Positions 48,484 to 57,729 of a stretch of DNA of 64,000 nucleotides are shown piece after piece. Location: contig OZ244822.1 of the NCBI GenBank assembly GCA_965220345.1, forward strand, positions 1,222,669 to 1,286,668, in the 5' to 3' direction. The DNA is from Candidatus Aldehydirespirator sp. (GTDB lineage Bacteria; Actinomycetota; Acidimicrobiia; Acidimicrobiales; Aldehydirespiratoraceae). Within the stretch, counting starts at the first letter, position 1, and each line of letters begins with the position of its first letter. The notes beneath the pieces are model-generated. The model did not search any database and was not told the origin of the DNA. It worked only from the letters and a program-made list of their open reading frames with translations. Both the position numbers and the translations under genes were made by a program.

Positions 48484-50133
48484 TCATTGAGGTATGCGCA
48501 GCAAAGGCCACGGGTCGGGTTCATTGGCGGTTTCCGCTACTAGAAGCGACGGGCCTGGATGTGCCAAAGCCGCCTCTAGAAGTTGAGGCAGATCTTCTGG
48601 GCTTGAGACTGCTTGGGTATGCACGCCGAAGCTCTCACCGAAAGAGATCCAGTCAGGATTGCGAAGCGAGGAGGCGATAGTGCGCTCTTCGCCGAAACGT
48701 TGCTGCTGGAAACGCCGCACGTTGCCGTAGCCAGCGTTGTCAAAGAGCAGCACGGTGGTGTTGATGTTGTGTTGCACCGCAGTGGCTAACTCGGTGGCGG
48801 TAAACAGCATTCCTCCGTCACCGACGATGGTGACCTGGGCACGGTCGGGCACAGCTGCGGCGACACCTATTCCGTGAGCCACTCCCGCGCCGAGCGTGCC
48901 TGACGCACCAGTGCTCAGAAAGCAGTGTGGTTGGCGGTGTTCGTAGCCGAGATGCGCCACCACAGCTACTTGAGTGACATCTTCAACGATGATCCCGTTG
49001 TCGGGCAGCACCGAACGAATGGCGCGCAGGTAGCTGAGCTGCGGTTCTAGGTAGGTGATCTTTTTGAAGTGTTCGGCACGTAGCGAAGCCAGCTCGGCGG
49101 TGCGGTCATGTCGCTGGCGGTTGTGGCGGCTCAAAGCATCAAGCAGCATTCGGCAAGTTTCGCCTGCGTCGCCGTGAACACCGATGGTTGCAGTGTCGTA
49201 GCGGTTGAGTTCGTCAGCGTCGAGGTTGATTTGAATGATTGTCTGGTCGGAGTGCTTGCGCCATTGCAGATTAGGAAACTCCATGCGAGTGCCGATCCCG
49301 ATCACCACATCAGCGCTCTGCCAGAGTTCATGCCCGACAGTGAAATAAGCATGCAGGCGGTGACGGGTGTCGATCACTCCGAGTCCCATACGGCGGGTAA
49401 ACACAGGTGCCTCTAAAGCTTCAGCAAGTTCACGAACCGCCTCAGAGGCATCCTGAGCCCCACCGCCCACCATAATCAAAGGTCGCTGAGCGCTGCCCAA
49501 GATGCGAGCCACTTCTTCTATGCGGTCACTGTCGATCTCGGGTCGGGTCGTTTGGGGTTGCATAAGCGTTCCGTCTGTGCTGCGACTCCAAGCATCCACC
49601 GGGACTTCAACCGCCACAGGTCGAGGCACTCCCGACACCATTTCGTTGATAGCACTCTGCCACACTGCCGTGCTCTTGTCGCCGCGCTCCACGCAGTCTG
49701 TGTGTTTGGTCAGCTGCCGCAGCACCGCAGCCGAGTCGGGAAGGTCATGCAGCACGCCGGTGCAGCGTCCACGCAGCTTTGAATGCACTCCACCGATCAG
49801 TGCCAGCACTGGAGCGCAAGTCCAGTAGGCACTGGTGAGACCCGCGGCCGCGTTGAGCATTCCCGGGCCGGGAACCACACAGAACGCCGATGGACGTGAT
49901 GTCGCCTGAGCAGCACCAAGAGCCATGTAGGACGCTCCCTGTTCGTGGCGCGTCACGATGGGGCGAATGTCGGTTGCGTCAAAAAGCACGTCGAAGAAGT
50001 CATCGTTTTGCACGCCAGGAAGGCAAAACAGCGTGTCTATGCCCAGATACCGCAGAGCTTCAATCGCCATCTGGGCATTGTTGGCGTGCTCTGGTTTGAG
50101 GTTCGCTGAGTCTTGGCGCTCTGGTTCAGTCAT
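48484..50133 (-). CDS. Thiamine pyrophosphate-binding enzyme (acetolactate synthase-like family)
   Basis: N-terminal TPP pyrimidine-binding domain (LFCLPGVQNDDFFD, RHEQGASYMALG) and C-terminal GDGGMLF TPP-binding motif. Confidence 0.8.
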   Translation of the reverse strand: MTEPERQDSANLKPEHANNAQMAIEALRYLGIDTLFCLPGVQNDDFFDVLFDATDIRPIVTRHEQGASYMALGAAQATSRPSAFCVVPGPGMLNAAAGLTSAYWTCAPVLALIGGVHSKLRGRCTGVLHDLPDSAAVLRQLTKHTDCVERGDKSTAVWQSAINEMVSGVPRPVAVEVPVDAWSRSTDGTLMQPQTTRPEIDSDRIEEVARILGSAQRPLIMVGGGAQDASEAVRELAEALEAPVFTRRMGLGVIDTRHRLHAYFTVGHELWQSADVVIGIGTRMEFPNLQWRKHSDQTIIQINLDADELNRYDTATIGVHGDAGETCRMLLDALSRHNRQRHDRTAELASLRAEHFKKITYLEPQLSYLRAIRSVLPDNGIIVEDVTQVAVVAHLGYEHRQPHCFLSTGASGTLGAGVAHGIGVAAAVPDRAQVTIVGDGGMLFTATELATAVQHNINTTVLLFDNAGYGNVRRFQQQRFGEERTIASSLRNPDWISFGESFGVHTQAVSSPEDLPQLLEAALAHPGPSLLVAETANEPDPWPLLRIPQ

Positions 50134-50221
50134 GTTGGATTAGTCATGTTGCATCAGCCATGACGTTGGGTCATGACTCTGGCGCAGCCGGTCGTGGAGT
50201 TCCATAGATGGGGTTCCCTAG

Positions 50222-51070
50222 TCATTCGATGATGCAGCGGTTCACGGTTGAGCCGATCCCTTCGATGGTGGTGTGCATAACCATGCCAGGTGCCAGCCAT
50301 TCTTGTGGATCACGAGCCCGACCCACGCCAGCGGGAGTGCCAGTGGCGATGATGTCGCCTGGGTCAAGAGTCATGATTGTGCTTAGGTCGGCTACTAGCT
50401 CAGCAGGACTGAAGATCATCTGATCAGTATTGGATGATTGTTTGATGTCGCAGTCAATGCTGCAGCTTATTTCTAGGCCGGTGCCGTCGCTGATTTCGTC
50501 TGTGGTCACCAACATCGGGCCGAGCGGTGTGGATCTCTCGAATGTTTTACCAGCAAGAAACTGCGAGGTCCGGAACTGCCAGTCGCGTATCGACACATCG
50601 TTTATCACAGTGAATCCGGCGATGGCGGCAAGAGCTTCGGCCTGGTTGGCATGGCGCACTGCACGACCGATGACGACAGCGAGTTCGGCCTCCCAGTCGG
50701 CCTGTGTGGAAACTGCCGGTGCTGGCAGCACGACAGGGTCATAAGGCCCGGTGAGAGCACGATGAAATTTGGCGAAATAGAGAGGTGTTTGAGGCAGCGA
50801 ACTGTTGGTTTCAGCAGCATGGTCGCGATAGTTGAGACCCACACAGATGATCTTGTCAGGTGCAGGAACAAGCGGTGCTAGGTCTGCTTCGTGCAGCGCT
50901 TGCGTGGCACCGTGCTCGGCTACTGCGACGCTGCCCGATGTGACTGGCCCGGCCTCTAGAACGGCTCGAACGTCAGGCGCATCAAGCAGCACTATCTCGC
51001 AGCTGTCACCTTCACCGACGACTATGCCAGCTCGGGTGCCACCATCACAGCGAACGGTTACGAGTCGCAA
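50222..51070 (-). CDS. Fumarylacetoacetate hydrolase family protein
   Basis: KIICVGLNY, DWEAELAVVIG and GDIIATGTPAGVG motifs. A TTG start at 51070, 7 nt after GGAGG, gives the family-typical MRLVTV N-terminus; the track ORF starts further upstream at 51160. Confidence 0.75.
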   Translation of the reverse strand: MRLVTVRCDGGTRAGIVVGEGDSCEIVLLDAPDVRAVLEAGPVTSGSVAVAEHGATQALHEADLAPLVPAPDKIICVGLNYRDHAAETNSSLPQTPLYFAKFHRALTGPYDPVVLPAPAVSTQADWEAELAVVIGRAVRHANQAEALAAIAGFTVINDVSIRDWQFRTSQFLAGKTFERSTPLGPMLVTTDEISDGTGLEISCSIDCDIKQSSNTDQMIFSPAELVADLSTIMTLDPGDIIATGTPAGVGRARDPQEWLAPGMVMHTTIEGIGSTVNRCIIE

Positions 51071-51236
51071 TAGAGAGCCTCCATATGGTCGGCGTGAGGG
51101 TAACCGCTGTTGGGATCGGGCTGAGTCTGACTCAGTTGGTCGTTTGTAGGAGCACAGCAAAATGCCAGACTGTCAGCGTGCCTGCGGACATTGTTGATAC
51201 GTCTGCAAGCCGCCCGAACCGAAACGAGGTAGCGCG

Positions 51237-52043
51237 ATGAGCCATTTTGACACAGAAACGGCGATTGAGCCTGCCGGTGACGGCCGTTGGCGGTGCCGTC
51301 TCTACAGCGAATGGGACATTGCTGGCACCAGCAACGGTGGTTATGCGCTCACCCCAGTGCTGCGAGCTATGCGCTCGCTGGTTGCGCATCGCGATCCGAT
51401 CACGACTACAACGCATTTCCTTCGTCCGGCCAAAGGCGACACCGACAGCGAGGTGCGAGTTTCGTTGATCCGCCAGGGTCGTACTGTGAGCACGCTGCGG
51501 GGTTCGCTTTGGCAAAAAGGCAAGCAGTGTCTTGAGGTTCTGGCCGCGTTCTCGGACTTGGCTGCTGAACCTGTTGCCGGGGATGCAACAGCGGGATTTG
51601 AGATTGCTAAGCCTCCGCCACAGCTTCCACCGATTGGCGAGTGCGTGCAGCGAGACTTCCTTGAGCAGGGCGTGGAGCCGCCGCTACTTTCTCGTGTTGA
51701 GTCGCGTGTGCATCCAGATCAAGCTCCAGCTGGCACCAGCAACAGGCCGTTGATTGACGGCTGGATCCGCTTCGTTGATGGCACAGAACCGTCTACGTTG
51801 ACGCTGCCGTTCTTTGGTGATGCCATGATCCCGTCGCTTTATCCGCTGCTCGGCTGGGTTGGCTGGGTTCCGACTATTGAGTTGACGGTGCAGGCTCGCC
51901 GGATACCTGCTGAAGGATGGCTACAGGTTCGCCAAGAGACCATCGACTTAAGCAAAGGGCGCATGATCGAGTCGGGAACGATCTGGGACTCAACCGGTGT
52001 GGTAGTGGCAACAACCCGCCAGATCGGACTGCTGCTTGCCTGA
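51237..52043 (+). CDS. Acyl-CoA thioesterase-like (double hot-dog) family protein
   Basis: Length and pattern (W....NGGY......A; C-terminal G...E.G.IWD..G.LVA...Q) resemble TesB-like thioesterases. The assignment is tentative. Confidence 0.6.
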   Translation: MSHFDTETAIEPAGDGRWRCRLYSEWDIAGTSNGGYALTPVLRAMRSLVAHRDPITTTTHFLRPAKGDTDSEVRVSLIRQGRTVSTLRGSLWQKGKQCLEVLAAFSDLAAEPVAGDATAGFEIAKPPPQLPPIGECVQRDFLEQGVEPPLLSRVESRVHPDQAPAGTSNRPLIDGWIRFVDGTEPSTLTLPFFGDAMIPSLYPLLGWVGWVPTIELTVQARRIPAEGWLQVRQETIDLSKGRMIESGTIWDSTGVVVATTRQIGLLLA

Positions 52044-52075
52044 AGGTAAAGGTAATAGCCGTCTAGCCTCGTGCC

Positions 52076-52621
52076 GTGGCACCCGAGACGAGCAACACGC
52101 CAAACAACATTGTGTTGAGCAACATTGTTTTGACCGGTTTCATGGGTACCGGCAAGACCACCGTGGGACGGATACTGGCTGAGCGGCTCGGCTATGACTT
52201 TGTTGACACCGACGAAATGATCGAGTCCCGTGCCGGTCCCGTATCAAAAATATTTGAGGAGTTTGGTGAAGAACGCTTCCGTGAGCTTGAGCGATCTGTA
52301 GCTGACGAACTTGCTGGACGTAGTGGTCTAGTGATCTCCACTGGAGGCGGGATGATGCTTGACCAAGCGTGCATTGAGAGTCTTGAGCCGGGCGCTTTCG
52401 TGGTGTGCCTCACCGCCGCCGTGGAGACCATCGTTGAACGCATCGGAGAAACTGCACACAGGCCTCTGCTGGCTTCGTTAAGTGCGTTAAGTCCGCAGGA
52501 TTTGGTGCAAAAGCTGCTGGATGAACGGGCTTGCGCTTATGGCCGTTACACACAGGTGGATACCGAAGGACGCAACCCTCAGCAGGTGGCCACTGAGGTT
52601 GTGTCGCTGCTTGGACTGTGA
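52076..52621 (+). CDS. aroK: Shikimate kinase
   Basis: LTGFMGTGKTTVGR P-loop, DTD, and FRELE...ISTGGG motifs. Confidence 0.85.
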   Translation: MAPETSNTPNNIVLSNIVLTGFMGTGKTTVGRILAERLGYDFVDTDEMIESRAGPVSKIFEEFGEERFRELERSVADELAGRSGLVISTGGGMMLDQACIESLEPGAFVVCLTAAVETIVERIGETAHRPLLASLSALSPQDLVQKLLDERACAYGRYTQVDTEGRNPQQVATEVVSLLGL

Positions 52622-52641
52622 ACTTCGGCTATAACTGAGTT

Positions 52642-53100
52642 ATGGCATTGCGAATATTGGTGATCAACGGTCCGAATCTCAACATGCTCGGACAGCGCGA
52701 GACCGACATATACGGAGATGTCACGCTGTCCGAGATGATGGCTGACTTGTCAGCGTATGTCGCTGCACAGGGAGCGGAATTGCGTTGTGTGCAGTCGAAC
52801 CTGGAAGGCGATCTGGTTGCGGCGCTTCAGGCAGCGGCTACTGGTGGCACAGAATCAGCTGACGGTGTGGTGCTCAACGCTGGTGCTTTGACTCATTATT
52901 CGATTGCTTTGCGTGACGCAGTGGCAGCAGTGGACGTGCCGGTGGTTGAGACTCATCTAACCAATGTCTATGCGCGTGAGGATTTTCGTCACAGGTCTGT
53001 GATTGCTGAGGTTTGCGTGGGCGTGGTCGCCGGTTTCGGCCCTTTGAGCTACCGCTTGGCAACCGATGCCTTGATCGAACGGTTGAGTCGAAAACCGTAG
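52642..53100 (+). CDS. aroQ: Type II 3-dehydroquinate dehydratase
   Basis: ILVINGPNLNMLGQRE...YG, LNAGALTHYS and ETHLTNVYAREDFRH motifs. Confidence 0.9.
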   Translation: MALRILVINGPNLNMLGQRETDIYGDVTLSEMMADLSAYVAAQGAELRCVQSNLEGDLVAALQAAATGGTESADGVVLNAGALTHYSIALRDAVAAVDVPVVETHLTNVYAREDFRHRSVIAEVCVGVVAGFGPLSYRLATDALIERLSRKP

Positions 53101-53115
53101 TAGGTCGCTAAATGT

Positions 53116-53499
53116 TCACATTTCGGGTGCTCCTGACTTTGTTTTTGCGGGATGCTTTTCGATAGGCAGCAGACGCTGAGTCACTGGATCGACAGCCAAG
53201 CTCAGCCCGTTCAGTGTGTAGGCACCAAGCAGTGCTGGAGACTTTTCGTCTGCGAACACCACAATCGTGATTTCCTGCTCATCGTTCACGGCGGCCCATG
53301 CTCGTCCGACATCGCGCCGCACAGTGCTTCCATCTGCCAACCGAAAGACGAAGTTGTCGAATGGTTGCACTCCGATTTTTCTCAGCATCGTGGCTGGCAC
53401 CTGCGTGTAGAACGCGCCGGTGTCAACCATTGCGTCAACGCTCACGCTCAGGTCGCTATGCATGTTCGTGAGTCGTAGTGGGCAGCTGAAGGTTCCCAT
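53116..53499 (-). CDS. Retropepsin-like (clan AA) aspartic protease, tandem copy 1
   Basis: MGTFSCPLRL... with catalytic VDTGA. The start at 53499 is homologous to the starts of copies 2 and 3. The C-terminus is extended by read-through of the ancestral stop. Confidence 0.7.
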   Translation of the reverse strand: MGTFSCPLRLTNMHSDLSVSVDAMVDTGAFYTQVPATMLRKIGVQPFDNFVFRLADGSTVRRDVGRAWAAVNDEQEITIVVFADEKSPALLGAYTLNGLSLAVDPVTQRLLPIEKHPAKTKSGAPEM

Positions 53500-53521
53500 G
53501 TTTGTTGCTCCTGACTCTGTC

Positions 53522-53878
53522 TTAAGCCGTACGTGTTGTGATGGGCAGCAGTCGCTCGGCGACTGGATCAACGGCCAGATTCAGCCCTTCTAGCGTGTAA
53601 GCACCGAGCAGCACTAGGGAATCTTCGTTTCCGAATATCACCTGTGTGGTCACGCTTTCACCGTTGATTGAGGCCAAGACTTCGCCAACGTCGTATTGAA
53701 CGGTGCGTCCGTCAGCGAACTTCAAGTTGATGCTCTTCGCGCGCTCAACTCCTAGTTCGTCAAGTAGGGAGGCTGGTGCCTGCGTGTGGAAAGCCCCGGT
53801 GTCGACTAGTGCATCTAGGTCCAAGGTTCGGGCTTTGTCGGGGCTCGTGAGTCGTAGCGGGCAGCTAAAGGTTCCCAT
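53522..53878 (-). CDS. Retropepsin-like (clan AA) aspartic protease, tandem copy 2
   Basis: 118 aa, MGTFSCPLRLTSPDKARTLDLDALVDTGAFHTQ. AGGAG lies upstream of the ATG. Confidence 0.75.
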   Translation of the reverse strand: MGTFSCPLRLTSPDKARTLDLDALVDTGAFHTQAPASLLDELGVERAKSINLKFADGRTVQYDVGEVLASINGESVTTQVIFGNEDSLVLLGAYTLEGLNLAVDPVAERLLPITTRTA

Positions 53879-53899
53879 GTTTGTTGCTCCTGACTTTGT

Positions 53900-54256
53900 T
53901 TACGCGTGATGCTTTTCGATGGGCAGCAGACGCTGGGCTACTGGATCGGCCGCCAGGCTCAGCCCTTCCAGTGTGTAGGCACCCAGCAGTGGTTTAGCTG
54001 TGTCTTCACCGAACACCACCAGCGTGGTCACGCTTTCACCGTTGATTGAGGCCAAGACTTCGCCAACGTCGTATTTGCCGGTGCGTCCGTCAGCGAACTC
54101 TAAGGTGATGCTCCTAGTGCGCCGAATTCCGAGTTCGTCAAGTAGGGAGGCTGGTGCCTGCATGTAGAGGGCACCGGTGTCGACTAGTGCATCTAGGTCC
54201 AAGGTTCGGGCTTTGTCTGGGCTGGTGAGTCGTAGCGGGCAGGTAAAGGTTCCCAT
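53900..54256 (-). CDS. Retropepsin-like (clan AA) aspartic protease, tandem copy 3
   Basis: 118 aa, MGTFTCPLRLTSPDKARTLDLDALVDTGALYMQ. Highly similar to copy 2. Confidence 0.75.
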   Translation of the reverse strand: MGTFTCPLRLTSPDKARTLDLDALVDTGALYMQAPASLLDELGIRRTRSITLEFADGRTGKYDVGEVLASINGESVTTLVVFGEDTAKPLLGAYTLEGLSLAADPVAQRLLPIEKHHA

Positions 54257-54432
54257 GTTTCATTTCCTTTCGTTTGTTTTGCAGCAGATTGTCTTCTGCT
54301 AACAGTGGTTATATTCATATATTTCATTATAACTAGGTATTCGAGTGTTCGCAACCTGCATCCGACGATCTGGTGCTTGAGTGAGGCATCTAAGATCGAA
54401 CGGCAAGAAGGGCTTCGAGCAAGGTTCCTCCA

Positions 54433-55464
54433 ATGGCGACCTCAGATACGACACAGCGTGACAGCATCACCTTGACGGTGGACGGACGTGAAGTGCGCGT
54501 CAGTAGCCCGAGCAAGGTTTTCTTCCCGGCCAGAGGCGAAACCAAACTCGACTTGATCCGCTACTACCAATCTGTGGCCCAACCGCTGATGCGTGCCATC
54601 GGTGGTCGCCCAGTAATGCTTGAGCGTTACCCCGACGGAGCGTCGGGCAAGTCGTTCTTCCAAAAGCGGGTGCCTAAAGGTGCCCCCGAGTGGCTAACAA
54701 CCACGACAGTAAGCACACCCAACGGCACCAAGTCCAATGCGATGGTAATATCTGATCTAGCTCATGTGGCTTGGGCGGTCAACATGGGTTGTCTCGGGTT
54801 TCATGTCTGGCCGTTTCGTGCCGAAACCCCCGACTTCGCTGATGAACTGCGTATTGATCTGGATCCTCAGCCAGGAGTGACTTTTGAGCAGGTGCGAGAA
54901 GCCGCGCATGAGGTCAAAGCCGCATTCGACGAACTTCAGATGCAAGCCTTCATCAAGACTTCGGGCCGTCGCGGCCTGCATGTTTATTGCCGACTGATGC
55001 CTCGCTGGGATTCTTATGAGGTGCGTGCCGCAGCGGTGGCTTTCGCCCGAGAGCTCGCGCGTCGCCGACCCGATTTGATCACCGATGCTTGGTGGAAGGA
55101 ACAGCGAGGCCCGCGAGTGTTTATTGACTTCAATCAGAACGCTCCTCACAAAACGGTGTTCGGCGCGTGGTCGGTTCGTCCTCGTGCCGGTGCCCAAGTG
55201 TCAACCCCTTTCAACTGGGATCAACTTGATGATGTGCATCCCGATGAGTTGACTATCGCCACAATCGGTGATCATCTCAAGGAGACAGGCGATGCTTGGA
55301 AATCAATCAACGATGAGGTCTCGTCGCTGACTCCATTGCTGAAATGGCACGACCGTGACATCGCAGCAGGGTTGTTTGACGCGCCGTGGCCGCCGGAGTA
55401 TCCGAAAATGCCTGACGAACCGACTCGGGTGGCACCGAGCCGCGCCAAGAAACCTAGCACCTAG
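54433..55464 (+). CDS. Stand-alone LigD-type polymerase/primase domain protein (NHEJ PolDom)
   Basis: V.VSSPSKVFFP, YPDGASGKSFFQK, DLDP and IKTSGRRGLHVY motifs of the archaeo-eukaryotic-primase-type LigD polymerase module. No ligase or nuclease domain and no ku gene is present in the window. Confidence 0.8.
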   Translation: MATSDTTQRDSITLTVDGREVRVSSPSKVFFPARGETKLDLIRYYQSVAQPLMRAIGGRPVMLERYPDGASGKSFFQKRVPKGAPEWLTTTTVSTPNGTKSNAMVISDLAHVAWAVNMGCLGFHVWPFRAETPDFADELRIDLDPQPGVTFEQVREAAHEVKAAFDELQMQAFIKTSGRRGLHVYCRLMPRWDSYEVRAAAVAFARELARRRPDLITDAWWKEQRGPRVFIDFNQNAPHKTVFGAWSVRPRAGAQVSTPFNWDQLDDVHPDELTIATIGDHLKETGDAWKSINDEVSSLTPLLKWHDRDIAAGLFDAPWPPEYPKMPDEPTRVAPSRAKKPST

Positions 55465-55533
55465 ATATTGGTTCACCTAGATGTCGGTTCCGGCGGTATA
55501 TCGATTCCAGTGGTTCTGGCGGTTTATTAAGTA

Positions 55534-56853
55534 TCAGGAGCCCAGCTTGGAGAAGATGCGCGCAATGGCTTGATGCTCAGCTACGCGGCGAGCGATCATG
55601 GTGTTGCTTGCCGCTATACGGAACTTCGCATCTGAGCTGAGACGATCCTCAAGGCTCTGCTCGAACCGCTTGGTCAAAGCCGCTTTGAGCCTCGGGTCAA
55701 GTTCCTCGTCAAGAACTCCGCCAACTCGCTCACCGACCACATCATCTAATACATAGTCAACTGTCTCATCAAGATCAAGCTCCACGCCCAAAGCCCCGCT
55801 GGCCTGCTTGGCACCTTCATAGGCTGCGAAGTTGGCTGCTGCGCCCTTGATAGCGAAGTTAGCGGCCTGCTCCCCGGCTGCTTTAGCGCCTTTGTCTCGG
55901 GCTGCTTTAGTCACATGTTGCGCCACTTTGACGGCACCACGCACTCCAGATGCCGACAACCCGGGCAGAGGCACCAAGCTCAAAGCGAAGAGTCCGGCTG
56001 TGAAGAAGTCGCCGTTGAGCGCGTAATGAACTGCTCGGGCAGCGTCAACGATGTCACCGATGACAGGGATAAAAGACACCACATCAAGAATGGTGCCGAG
56101 CTTGAGGCTGCTGCTGGGTCTGTGATAGCCACCATCGTCAAGCACTTGACGCACCGCGGCCTGCTCTTCGGCCGAGAGGTTGTAGTCGCGAAGGAATGCC
56201 TCTAAGTCGCCTCGGGTTATGAGGCCGTCTGCTTTGCCGCTGGCGGCGGAGTCGATCTTGTTTGCGTGGGTCATCAGCGTGCCGCGGGCTGCAGTTTTGT
56301 CGAGATAGGCATCAATGTCGTCAAGGCTCATCAAGCCGTCCCGATCTTTTGGATCGAACGTCAGGCCGGTCGAGTTCGATCGTGAGAAGTATTCGTTGTT
56401 GTTTTTGGCGGTTTCGACCTGGTCGAAGTAGAGGTCATGACGCAAGAGCCAGTCGGCGGCTGCGGCTGTGTTCGTATCGCTGGAGTTTGCAGCCCAGCGC
56501 AGGTCACGACGAGACAACAAGCCGTCAGCTTTAGACGGATCACCACGCGATTCGATCATGGTGAAATGCTCGCGGATCTGCTCTAGAGCTCCCAGAGCCT
56601 CGTTCATTTCGGGGCCTCCGGCCATCACTAGGCGAGTGCGTTCCTGCAGATCCTGAGCGCTTTGGCGCAGTTCTTCGGCTACTCGGCGGGTGCCGAGTTC
56701 GACTCTGGGCAACGGCGCTTGTAACAGCGTTTCGGCTTCGTTTAGAGGGGCTTGCAGTGCTTGGGCATCCCAGTCGAGTCCAGTGGCAGCGGTTTCCATG
56801 CGTTGACGTAGTTCGCTGGCGCGTTCAATGTCAAGCGCCATCAGATCTGTCAT
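55534..56853 (-). CDS. Pre-toxin TG (PT-TG) domain protein, putative polymorphic toxin with unassigned C-terminal domain
   Basis: VVSFIPVIGDIVDAARAVHYALNGDFFTAGLFALSLVPLPG matches the PT-TG signature. The N-terminus is helical. Three DG-containing loop repeats (ADGLLSRRDL, RDGLMSLDDI, ADGLITRGDL) lie upstream. Confidence 0.55.
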   Translation of the reverse strand: MTDLMALDIERASELRQRMETAATGLDWDAQALQAPLNEAETLLQAPLPRVELGTRRVAEELRQSAQDLQERTRLVMAGGPEMNEALGALEQIREHFTMIESRGDPSKADGLLSRRDLRWAANSSDTNTAAAADWLLRHDLYFDQVETAKNNNEYFSRSNSTGLTFDPKDRDGLMSLDDIDAYLDKTAARGTLMTHANKIDSAASGKADGLITRGDLEAFLRDYNLSAEEQAAVRQVLDDGGYHRPSSSLKLGTILDVVSFIPVIGDIVDAARAVHYALNGDFFTAGLFALSLVPLPGLSASGVRGAVKVAQHVTKAARDKGAKAAGEQAANFAIKGAAANFAAYEGAKQASGALGVELDLDETVDYVLDDVVGERVGGVLDEELDPRLKAALTKRFEQSLEDRLSSDAKFRIAASNTMIARRVAEHQAIARIFSKLGS

Positions 56854-56923
56854 AACCCCTTCTCCATCGCTGTTCCTCCGTCATCCTTCTTCTCGTGGCC
56901 CCTGTTCGAAAGTCAGCATACAT

Positions 56924-56939
56924 AATATTTATAAATATT
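56924..56939. promoter_or_regulatory. Perfect 16-bp palindrome AATATTTATAAATATT in a sharply AT-rich divergent promoter region
   Basis: Read directly. It lies between the divergent starts at 56853 (-) and 57025 (+). Confidence 0.3.
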
Positions 56940-57024
56940 GAAATATATCTAAATATTTATAGCTGGGTGGCTGTTGTTGGCTGGATGTTGCGCCTGCGGC
57001 TGCGGTCGCTACGGTCATGTGACG

Positions 57025-57711
57025 ATGAGCAACCGTGTGAAGGTTCCCAGTTCTCGCCGCGCGTCTTCGCCAGCCGGTGCTGCATCCGCTAGAGCCGGAT
57101 CTAATCGGCGAACGATCATCATTGTCGTTCTTGCGGTTGTGGCGATAGCAGTGTCGGTGGCTTTGCTGGCATCAAGAGACGCTGCCCGCAACGACTCAAG
57201 CGCCGCAGGCCAATTCGCTGATGTCAGCATTGAAGGTGCCTCGCTGCCGACCTATGAGGGCACTCAGCCCGACCCGGCTTTGCAGACAGTGGCACCCGCC
57301 TTCGCAGCCACTTCTTTTGATGGCATCGAGATGAGCGTGCAGCCTGGTGACGGAACTGCCAAAGTGATCGGCTTCTTTACACACTGGTGCCCGCACTGCC
57401 AGCGTGAACTACCACGGATAGCCGACTGGCTCAACAACAATCCACTCCCTGCGGGGGTGGAAGTCATTGCGGTTAGTACTTCGGTTGATGCTGGGCGCGG
57501 CAACTATCCGCCGTCTGAATGGTTTGAGACTGAGCAGTGGCCCGCAGCGGTAGCGCGTGACTCTCAAACCAATGAGATCGCTTCGGCTTACGGCTTGCGA
57601 GGCTTCCCTTACACGGTGGCTGTGAACGCTGACGGCAATGTCGTGGCCAGGGTCAGCGGCGAACTGAGCGATCAAGACTGGGAGTCGCTGCTCGCCTTTG
57701 TTGCTTCGTAG
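57025..57711 (+). CDS. Membrane-anchored TlpA/ResA-like thiol-disulfide oxidoreductase
   Basis: N-terminal TM helix (IIIVVLAVVAIAVSVALL) and the thioredoxin motif FFTHWCPHCQRE. ATG at 57025 is preferred. Confidence 0.75.
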   Translation: MSNRVKVPSSRRASSPAGAASARAGSNRRTIIIVVLAVVAIAVSVALLASRDAARNDSSAAGQFADVSIEGASLPTYEGTQPDPALQTVAPAFAATSFDGIEMSVQPGDGTAKVIGFFTHWCPHCQRELPRIADWLNNNPLPAGVEVIAVSTSVDAGRGNYPPSEWFETEQWPAAVARDSQTNEIASAYGLRGFPYTVAVNADGNVVARVSGELSDQDWESLLAFVAS

Positions 57712-57729
57712 CTGTCGTTGGCTCTCTTG

